Assembly: GCA_045643125.1 (NCBI GenBank)
Contig: JAZUKE010000006.1
Coordinates: 1 to 58,716, forward strand
Length of the DNA: 58,716 bases
Direction: 5' to 3'
Source: Eubacteriales bacterium
GTDB lineage: Bacteria; Bacillota; Clostridia; Oscillospirales; CAG-382
The position numbers were made by a program, and so were the translations under genes. The notes below the pieces were generated by a model, which did no database searches, was not told where the DNA came from, and worked only from the letters and a program-made list of their open reading frames with translations. Positions 27,762-34,814 of this stretch are shown in pieces (the first letter of the stretch is position 1; each line of letters starts with the position of its first letter).

Positions 27762-29171
27762 ATGGTTTTTTCTGAATTGTTTTTCCTTTTCGTCTTTTTG
27801 ATATTGTGCATAACGGCATATTTCATCGTGCCCGATATCAAAAGACGCAACATCGTACTTATCGTTTCGTCGCTTGTGTTCTACGCATGGGGCGAGCCGG
27901 CTTATATCTTTTTGCTGCTCGCATCCGTGGCGGTCAACTACTTCTGCGGGCTCGGCATAGATAAGTATCGCGATACGCCGAAAGCCAAGGCGTGTATCGC
28001 TGCTGCTCTCGTATACAATATCGGCGCACTCATATTTTTCAAATACACGGGATTTTTTATCGAAAACATAAATTCGCTGCTTTCCGTTTCGATACCCATA
28101 CCGTCGATCCGTATGCCGCTCGGCATATCGTTCTACACGTTCCAGATAACGTCGTATATCATCGACTGTTATTGGGAAAATGTCGATGTGCAGAAAAGTT
28201 ATTCAAAACTGCTTCTCTACGTTTCGCTGTTCCCGCAGCTTGTCGCAGGCCCGATAGTCAGATATTCCACCATTGAAGAAGAGATCACAGACAGAAGATC
28301 GACTTTCGAGGACGTGAGCGCCGGTATGACGCGCTTCATCGTCGGTCTTGCGAAAAAAGTAATAATCGCAAACAACCTCCATTCTCTCGTTGTCGAGCCG
28401 CTTATCGGCATCGAAGACATTTCAAGTGCGTCGTTCGTCGCTACCGTTGTTGGCGTTATCTGCTACGCGATCTATGTTTACTACGATTTTTCGGGATATT
28501 CCGATATGGCGATAGGTCTCGGACGAATATTCGGCTTCCACTTTGACGAAAACTTCCGTTACCCGTTCGTTTCCGCAAATATCACCGAATTCTGGCAGAG
28601 ATGGCATATCTCGCTCGGCAGCTTCTTCCGCGACTATTTGCTGTACGTTCCCATTTTCGGCAAAAGACGCAAGTATCTCGGTCTGTTCCTCGTGTGGTTC
28701 TGCACCGGATTCTGGCACGGCGCAAGCTGGAACTTCATTATATGGGGACTTTATTTCGGCGTATTCATCCTCTTTGAACTGCTTCTCGGCAAAAAGAGAA
28801 TGAAAAAGATACCAAAGCCGCTCTCTCATATCTATTCGCTCATCGTTATAGCGATAGGCTTCGGCATCTTCTATTTTGAGGATCTTTCGTCTCTCGGCAA
28901 CTTCTTCAAGAACCTTGTCTTCGCAAACGGAAATGCGTTTATTTCCGAAACGGCGAAGTCCGTCATCAGTCAGAACGTATTTCTCATCATCGTTTCGGCG
29001 TTCCTCAGTTTCCCCGTTCTCGATTGGTTTAAGGAAAAAGCAAAGAACAACAAGTCTCTCGACGTTCTGTTTTCGTATACGACTATTGTCACCAACGTCG
29101 TTCTGCTCGTTATCTCGGCGATCCTTCTGGTTGACAGCACGAGCAACGTCTTCCTGTATTGGAGGTTCTGA
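27762..29171 (+). CDS. MBOAT family membrane O-acyltransferase (DltB/AlgI/PatA-like)
   Basis: 469 aa multi-pass protein with N-terminus FSELFFLFVF...YAWGEP. Signature FWQRWHISLGSFFRDYLLY contains the invariant His codon at 28605-28607. Confidence 0.9.
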   Translation: MVFSELFFLFVFLILCITAYFIVPDIKRRNIVLIVSSLVFYAWGEPAYIFLLLASVAVNYFCGLGIDKYRDTPKAKACIAAALVYNIGALIFFKYTGFFIENINSLLSVSIPIPSIRMPLGISFYTFQITSYIIDCYWENVDVQKSYSKLLLYVSLFPQLVAGPIVRYSTIEEEITDRRSTFEDVSAGMTRFIVGLAKKVIIANNLHSLVVEPLIGIEDISSASFVATVVGVICYAIYVYYDFSGYSDMAIGLGRIFGFHFDENFRYPFVSANITEFWQRWHISLGSFFRDYLLYVPIFGKRRKYLGLFLVWFCTGFWHGASWNFIIWGLYFGVFILFELLLGKKRMKKIPKPLSHIYSLIVIAIGFGIFYFEDLSSLGNFFKNLVFANGNAFISETAKSVISQNVFLIIVSAFLSFPVLDWFKEKAKNNKSLDVLFSYTTIVTNVVLLVISAILLVDSTSNVFLYWRF

Positions 29172-29174
29172 GAT

Positions 29175-30719
29175 ATGAAAAACAACAAGAATTTTATCTG
29201 TTTTGTCAATATTCTGGTCGTTTCGGCGGCGTTCATAATAATCAGCTGCTATCTGCTTTTCGCAAAGCGCTCCGTCGTGTCGTCGCTTGAAAGACGCAGA
29301 CTCGAAGAATTCCCGACGTTTTCGGTCAGTTCATATTTCAGCGGTGAATATACCGTAAAACTGCAGACCTGGTTTACCGATACGGTGCCGAGCCGCGACA
29401 CCTGGAAAAAAGCCGACGTCAAGATTAGATCGCTTTTCGGTATTACGCCCGAAATGACGATCCAGGGCGATGTCACCGAAACCAGCGAAGAGGAGATCCC
29501 GAGCGGTGAAGTCAGCGATCCGTTTGAGGATTGGTCTGAACCGGAGGAATCGAGCAATGAAGAACATTCTTCCGTCATCGAGGAATCCGAAGAAACAAGC
29601 ACGTCTCAGTCTTCTGCCGAAGCAAGCGAAGAACCGAGCGCTGATGTGAGTGAAGAAATATCCGAAGAGCAAAGCGAGGAGCCGAGTGAAGAGCCGAGCG
29701 AAGAAACGAGCGAAGCGGCCGACGACGTCAGAACGGATCCTTCCGGGCTTCTTATCTTCAACAACAAGTGTATGGAACAGTTCGGCGGCACTTACGATGC
29801 CGGACAGCTCTATGCGAAGTATATCGCAAACTACAAAAACGACCTCGGAAGCAAGGTCAACGTCTATTCGATGGTCATTCCGTCCGCGTCTTCCATCTAT
29901 CTGCCCGACAAGTATTATAAGATATACGGCGGCGAGCAGATCAAGAAGATAGACTATATCTACGAGCAGTTCACGACAGGTCTGTATAAGGACGCGGGAG
30001 TTATCCCCGTAAGCATTTACGACGTGCTGAACTCTCACAAAAACGAATATATCTATTTCAACACCGAACACCATTGGACTATGCTCGGCGGATATTACGC
30101 GGCTGAAAAATTCGCGTCTGTCGCGGGACTGCCGTTCAAGAAACTGTTTGTGAACGGTACGAAGACGGTAGATACGAACAATTACACCTATGAAGGAAAA
30201 TTCAACGACGACGGATCACCCAAGCCGTTCGTAGGCTCTTTCGGCGGTCAGGTCAAAACGGACGTGCTGACCAAGCATCCCGATACATTCTTCTGGTACA
30301 GCTATACCGGCAAGTATAACGTCAGATACTACAATTACGACTTCACCGAGCTTAAAAAGGAAAGAGACACCTGCTTCCTCAAGGTCAGCGATGCCAATTC
30401 AAGCTCGTGGTATATGATCTTTATGGACGGCGATAACTATTCCATTCGCATTGATACCGACGTTCATAACGGCAGAGTCGCGGTCGTGTTCAAGGATTCC
30501 TACGGAAATGCGCTTGTCCCGATGATGCTTTCGTCGTTCGAGACGATATACTGCATCGACTTCCGCTATTTCCCGCTCGATCCCGTCGATTTCATTCAAA
30601 AAGTCGGTGCGACCGATGTCGTATTTGCGACAAGCTCGTTCCAGGTACTCGGCTCGAATTACAAGAGATTCGAGGCAATGCGCCGTCAGACAAAGAAATT
30701 CGTTGATATCGGAGAATAA
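29175..30719 (+). CDS. DHHW-family (AlgJ/AlgX/PatB-like, SGNH-type) extracytoplasmic protein, signal-anchored, with acidic linker
   Basis: N-terminal TM helix FICFVNILVVSAAFIIISCYLLFA and an acidic Ser/Glu stretch. YFNTEHHWTMLGGYYA (EHHW at 30066-30077) and downstream FKDSYGNAL. Confidence 0.75.
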   Translation: MKNNKNFICFVNILVVSAAFIIISCYLLFAKRSVVSSLERRRLEEFPTFSVSSYFSGEYTVKLQTWFTDTVPSRDTWKKADVKIRSLFGITPEMTIQGDVTETSEEEIPSGEVSDPFEDWSEPEESSNEEHSSVIEESEETSTSQSSAEASEEPSADVSEEISEEQSEEPSEEPSEETSEAADDVRTDPSGLLIFNNKCMEQFGGTYDAGQLYAKYIANYKNDLGSKVNVYSMVIPSASSIYLPDKYYKIYGGEQIKKIDYIYEQFTTGLYKDAGVIPVSIYDVLNSHKNEYIYFNTEHHWTMLGGYYAAEKFASVAGLPFKKLFVNGTKTVDTNNYTYEGKFNDDGSPKPFVGSFGGQVKTDVLTKHPDTFFWYSYTGKYNVRYYNYDFTELKKERDTCFLKVSDANSSSWYMIFMDGDNYSIRIDTDVHNGRVAVVFKDSYGNALVPMMLSSFETIYCIDFRYFPLDPVDFIQKVGATDVVFATSSFQVLGSNYKRFEAMRRQTKKFVDIGE

Positions 30720-30721
30720 TA

Positions 30722-32059
30722 ATGAAAAGAAAACTCTCGCTTTTTCTCGTGCTTGTTATGATAATTACCGTTCTTGCGTCCTGCGCCGACGAAATTGCCG
30801 TGGAACACAGCTCCGAGGAAGAGTATAAGGAAATAAGTCTCCCGTCCCATTCTTCTGCCGAGGAGACCGAAGAAGAATCGTCAATAGCCGCATCGTCGTC
30901 CGATGAACCGTCCTTGACGGAAGAATCGAGCGAGGAAGCGTCAGACGAACAGACGAGTGAGGAAATCTCAAAGGAAGAATCCAAAGAAGAGCCTTCGGAA
31001 GAAGAATCAAAGGAAGAGCCTTCGGAAGAAGAATCAAAAGAGGAACCGAGCAAAGAAGAATCAAAGGAGGAGCCGTCTGAGGAATCGTCCGAAGAACCGT
31101 CCGAGGAATCGAGCGAAGAACAGAGTGAAGAGACTTCGGAAGAAACAAGCTCCAAAGGCTATATTACCGAAGAGGGCGGAATAATCATCAACGGAACTCG
31201 CGGAATGGAGCAGTTCTACGTCGATACCTCAAGCCAGGCAGGCAAAGGACTCTGCGATACCGTCGCAAAGATACAGGAAGACCTCGGAGACAGCGCAAAA
31301 GTCTATCTTATGGTACCTCCTGCAGCGGTGGTATATTACGCACCCGATAATTACAGCTATTTCAAAAAATACGGCCCGGCTATGCAGACGTCGTTAAGAG
31401 AATACTGCAACGGCAGATTCATAAATATCGACTGCTACGGCGTTCTTGCGGAGCATACCGCCGAAGATATTTATTTCCGCACGGAGCATCATTGGGCGTC
31501 GCTCGGCGCTTATTACTGCTGCAAGGAATTTGCCTCCCTTGCGGGATTCAAGATCGGCGATCTTGACAGCGATTACACCAAAAAGTGCGTCGAAGACACG
31601 GTCGGTACTCTGTATGCGTTCTCGCACGAACCGGTACTCAAAAACAATCCCGAAGATATCGACTACTACGAGCCGCATATCGAATATAACGTCCGCGTGC
31701 TTAATGCCGATCAAAAGAATTTCGAGACCGAAGGCTTCGACAGATCTTCGATGTTCTATCCGTCATTCAGCAACTACGGCGTATTCTTCGCGCTCGACGA
31801 CTGGGCGTTCAAGATCACGATGCCGTCGAACGATACGGGCAGAACGCTCGTTATCCTCAAGGATTCCTACGGTATGAACGTCCCCGAATTCCTGCTTTTC
31901 GGCTTTGACACCATCTATATGGTCGATTTCAGATATTTCCCGCGCAACTGCGTTGAATTCTGCAAAGAAGTCGGTGCGACCGAAGTGCTTGTAATTTCGT
32001 CCGGAATGAGTACTTTCGGCACTATATGGAAAAAACTTGAATCAATGCGTACAAAATAA
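30722..32059 (+). CDS. DHHW-family (AlgJ/AlgX/PatB-like) extracytoplasmic protein, lipoprotein, with acidic repeat linker
   Basis: Lipobox VLASCADE and a long Ser/Glu/Lys/Pro linker. YFRTEHHWASLGAYYC (EHHW at 31484-31495) and LKDSYGMNV. Confidence 0.75.
   Translation: MKRKLSLFLVLVMIITVLASCADEIAVEHSSEEEYKEISLPSHSSAEETEEESSIAASSSDEPSLTEESSEEASDEQTSEEISKEESKEEPSEEESKEEPSEEESKEEPSKEESKEEPSEESSEEPSEESSEEQSEETSEETSSKGYITEEGGIIINGTRGMEQFYVDTSSQAGKGLCDTVAKIQEDLGDSAKVYLMVPPAAVVYYAPDNYSYFKKYGPAMQTSLREYCNGRFINIDCYGVLAEHTAEDIYFRTEHHWASLGAYYCCKEFASLAGFKIGDLDSDYTKKCVEDTVGTLYAFSHEPVLKNNPEDIDYYEPHIEYNVRVLNADQKNFETEGFDRSSMFYPSFSNYGVFFALDDWAFKITMPSNDTGRTLVILKDSYGMNVPEFLLFGFDTIYMVDFRYFPRNCVEFCKEVGATEVLVISSGMSTFGTIWKKLESMRTK
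30974..31081. repeat. In-frame 27-nt tandem repeat, 4 units, encoding EESKEEPSE
   Basis: Units start at 30974, 31001, 31028 and 31055. They are followed by shorter degenerate SEEPSEES units. Confidence 0.85.
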
Positions 32060-32073
32060 TACGGAGAAAAACT

Positions 32074-33849
32074 ATGTTTTCTTACCCTCTTGATCCGCAA
32101 TATCTTCTCAAAAACAAAAGAAAACTCAAAAAGCAGCTTCTTTCCGACGGAAGCAAGAGAGTTTCAAAAAAAGTTGCCATCCTTTGCGGCTCTACCGCAA
32201 ACGATATAAAAGACCTTTGCGAGCTTTTCCTGCTTGACAACGGGATACAGCCGGAATTTTATATGTCGGAATACGATCAGTATTTCCAGGACGCGGTGTT
32301 CGGGAACGAGGAATTCGAGTCTTTTGCGCCCGATATCATCTTCGTCCACACCACAACGCGGAATATAGAACGCTATTTCCCGTCGGCAAAGAGCGGAAAA
32401 GAAGAATGTGCGTCGCTGCTTAACGAAGCAAAAAATCATTTCTCGCTTATCTGGGACAAGCTCACACGCTTCAAATGCCCCGTGATACAGAACAATTTTG
32501 AACTGCCGCGTTACCGCATAATGGGCAACCGCGATGCTTTCGACGACAGGGGAGCGGTAAGATTCGTGAACAGAATGAACGAATTTATCGCCGATCACGC
32601 AAGCGAAAACGCAAACTTCTATGTAAACGACGTCGCTTACGTTTCCGCACGCTACGGTATCGACAAATGGTCGGATCAGTCGGTGTGGTATATGTATAAG
32701 TACGCGCTTGCGCTCGACGCCATACCCGATTTTGCGTTCAACCTTGCAAACATCATCAAATCCGTCTTCGGCAAAAACAAAAAGGCATTCGCACTTGACC
32801 TCGATAACACGCTTTGGGGCGGCATCGTCGGCGACGACGGAGTTGAAAACCTCTCTCTCGGCGAAGAGACCGCTGACGGTCAGGCGTATCACGATTTTCA
32901 GAAGTATATAAAAAAGGTCAGCGAGACCGGCGTAATGCTCACTATAAATTCCAAAAACGATATGGAAAATGCCATTGCCGGGCTGAATCACAAGGACAGC
33001 TGCCTCAAGCCGGATGATTTCATTATCATCAAGGCAAATTGGGAGCCGAAGAATCAGAATATGCTTGCCCTTGCCAAAGAACTGAATATAGGGCTTGACG
33101 CATTCGTGTTTGCCGGCGATAACCCCGTCGAAAGGAGCATCGTCGCTTCGTCCACGACTGCCGCGGTGCCGGAGCTTGAAAGCGTCGAAACGTATATCAC
33201 AACGCTTGACAGAAACGGATATTTCGAGATCACGTCGTTTTCCGATGACGACCTTCACCGCAACGAAATGTACAAGCAGAACGTAATGCGTGAGCAGGAG
33301 CTTGCGTCTGCCGAGAATTACGAGGATTTCTTACTCGGACTTGATATGAAAGCCGAGATAGGCGCTTTCATTCCCGTGTATATACAGCGTATCGCGCAGC
33401 TTACGAACAAATCAAACCAGTTCAACGTCACCACGCGCCGCTATACCGCATCCGAGATCGAAGAAACGGAAGCCGACGGCAAGCACATCACGCTTTACGG
33501 CAAGCTCGTTGACCGTTTCGGCGACAACGGTGTCGTTTCGGTAGTTATCGGCAGCATAAACGGCAAAGTCCTTGACGTCGATCTGTGGATAATGTCGTGC
33601 CGCGTACTCAAACGCGATATGGAATTTGCGATGCTCGACGAGCTTGTGAAAAGGGCAACTGAAAAGGGAATAGAAGAGATCAGAGGCTATTACTACCCGA
33701 CCGCTAAAAACGGAATGGTAAAGGAACTTTTCGGTACTTTCGGCTTTGACAGAGTAAGTCTTGACGACGACGGCAGCTCCGTCTGGTCGCTTAAAACGGC
33801 AGGGTATAAGAATCAGAACAGATATATTAAGAAAGAGGACACAAAATGA
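32074..33849 (+). CDS. FkbH-type HAD-IIIC phosphatase/acyl-loading enzyme
   Basis: HAD motif I FALDLDNTLWGG (Asp codons 32797 and 32803), motif II TINSKN, motif IV FAGDNPVE. The C-terminal domain has DLWIMSCRVLKRDME (Cys codon 33598-33600). The stop overlaps the ACP start. Confidence 0.75.
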   Translation: MFSYPLDPQYLLKNKRKLKKQLLSDGSKRVSKKVAILCGSTANDIKDLCELFLLDNGIQPEFYMSEYDQYFQDAVFGNEEFESFAPDIIFVHTTTRNIERYFPSAKSGKEECASLLNEAKNHFSLIWDKLTRFKCPVIQNNFELPRYRIMGNRDAFDDRGAVRFVNRMNEFIADHASENANFYVNDVAYVSARYGIDKWSDQSVWYMYKYALALDAIPDFAFNLANIIKSVFGKNKKAFALDLDNTLWGGIVGDDGVENLSLGEETADGQAYHDFQKYIKKVSETGVMLTINSKNDMENAIAGLNHKDSCLKPDDFIIIKANWEPKNQNMLALAKELNIGLDAFVFAGDNPVERSIVASSTTAAVPELESVETYITTLDRNGYFEITSFSDDDLHRNEMYKQNVMREQELASAENYEDFLLGLDMKAEIGAFIPVYIQRIAQLTNKSNQFNVTTRRYTASEIEETEADGKHITLYGKLVDRFGDNGVVSVVIGSINGKVLDVDLWIMSCRVLKRDMEFAMLDELVKRATEKGIEEIRGYYYPTAKNGMVKELFGTFGFDRVSLDDDGSSVWSLKTAGYKNQNRYIKKEDTK

Positions 33850-34088
33850 CAACGAACAAAATTTACGCAAGACTTGAAAACGTATTTGAAGAAGTGTTTG
33901 ACGAAAAGATCAAGCTCACTCCCGCTACTACCGCAGACGACGTTGACGATTGGGACTCGCTTTCCCACATAACGCTTATCGCCGCTGTCGAAGACGAATT
34001 TAAAATGAAATTCAAAATGAAAGAAGTCTCGTCTATGAAAAACGTGGGCGAAATGGCTGCCATCGTTGCCGAAAGAGCAAAAAAATAA
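33846..34088 (+). CDS. Dedicated acyl/peptidyl carrier protein
   Basis: 80 aa, acidic, DDVDDWDSLSHITLIAAVEDEF, with the phosphopantetheine-site Ser in DSL (33957-33959). ATGA overlap with the loader gene. Confidence 0.85.
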   Translation: MTTNKIYARLENVFEEVFDEKIKLTPATTADDVDDWDSLSHITLIAAVEDEFKMKFKMKEVSSMKNVGEMAAIVAERAKK

Positions 34089-34090
34089 AT

Positions 34091-34184
34091 TCAAAATTCC
34101 CGCAATAATCAAAGCGCACTTTCGTAATTTGAAAGTGCGCTTTTATAGTTGTTTTATTTGAGCGGCGTAAAGAACGAGTTTGAC
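34091..34184. repeat. Intergenic direct repeat, copy A (tcaaaattcc ... hairpin ... gcggcgtaaagaacgagtttgac)
   Basis: Shares three blocks in the same order with copy B: tcaaaattcc, the agcgcac..tgaaagtgcgct hairpin, and the identical 23-mer gcggcgtaaagaacgagtttgac. Confidence 0.7.
34111..34150 (+). terminator. Rho-independent terminator of the plus-strand gene train
   Basis: 13-bp stem AAAGCGCACTTTC / GAAAGTGCGCTTT with a 7-nt loop, running into TTTTAT. Confidence 0.6.
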
Positions 34185-34219
34185 AACTGAATACTGAGAC
34201 CGCGACAAACGAAGTTATT

Positions 34220-34276
34220 TTCGGCGAAAAGCGAGCGTCGCCGTAGCGTTCTACGGCAGTCGAGCTTTTCGTCGAA
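34220..34276. other. Long imperfect hairpin between the two repeat copies (possible small structured RNA or repeat-element core)
   Basis: Outer stem TTCGGCGAAAAGC (34220-34232) pairs with GCTTTTCGTCGAA (34264-34276), with one G-U pair. Inner stem GCCGTAG / CTACGGC (34240-34257) has loop CGTT. Confidence 0.3.
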
Positions 34277-34298
34277 GCCGTTGAAATTTTCAATAAAA

Positions 34299-34406
34299 TC
34301 AAAATTCCTATTGAAAAAACAATAAAAGCGCACCTTCGATAACATTTGAAAGTGCGCTTAATTATTGTTATTCTTTTATTTTTGCGGCGTAAAGAACGAG
34401 TTTGAC
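34299..34406. repeat. Intergenic direct repeat, copy B
   Basis: See copy A. The 23-mer at 34384-34406 is identical to 34162-34184. Confidence 0.7.
34311..34359 (-). terminator. Rho-independent terminator of the minus-strand GNAT-phosphatase-kinase operon
   Basis: On the minus strand: AAGCGCACTTTC, loop, GAAGGTGCGCTT (one mismatch), followed by TTTTATTGTTTTTT. Confidence 0.55.
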
Positions 34407-34412
34407 GCGGTC

Positions 34413-34814
34413 TCAGAACGCTTTTTTCATTGTAAAGATGTTCTTCCCGTCCTCGTAGGAATAAGAAACCTCGTCCATTGATTTTCTGACCATAAATATG
34501 CCAAGCCCGCCGATCTTTCTGTCTTCCGCCGAAAGAGTTATATCGGGTGTTTCCATTTCAAGCGGGTTGAACGGCATACCGCTGTCGATAAAAGTTATTG
34601 AAGCACATCCGTCGGAATAATCGAAAATCATTTTTACATCGCCCTTGTTTTCGCCGTAGGCATAATGCGCGACATTGACGTACATTTCTTCTACGCAGAC
34701 GGTTATCTGCATAACCGCTTTCATCGGGCAATCTACTTTTTCGAGTTCTTCTTCTATGAAACCGATAGCGTCGTTGAGCGTGTCATCGGTGGCTTCAAAG
34801 GTTCTTTCTGTCAT
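34413..34814 (-). CDS. RsbW/SpoIIAB-like anti-sigma-type Ser kinase (HATPase_c_2)
   Basis: N-box EEMYVNVAHYAY, G1 DSGMPFNP, G2 GGLGIFMVRKSMD. Start trimmed to MTERTFEAT; its ATG shares one nt with the upstream TAA (TAATG). Confidence 0.8.
   Translation of the reverse strand: MTERTFEATDDTLNDAIGFIEEELEKVDCPMKAVMQITVCVEEMYVNVAHYAYGENKGDVKMIFDYSDGCASITFIDSGMPFNPLEMETPDITLSAEDRKIGGLGIFMVRKSMDEVSYSYEDGKNIFTMKKAF

Noticed and set aside
34033-34345. Two small minus-strand ORFs (89 and 63 aa) in the convergent intergenic region
   Set aside because: They have no RBS, start inside terminator hairpins and have odd composition. The region is better explained by repeats and hairpins.
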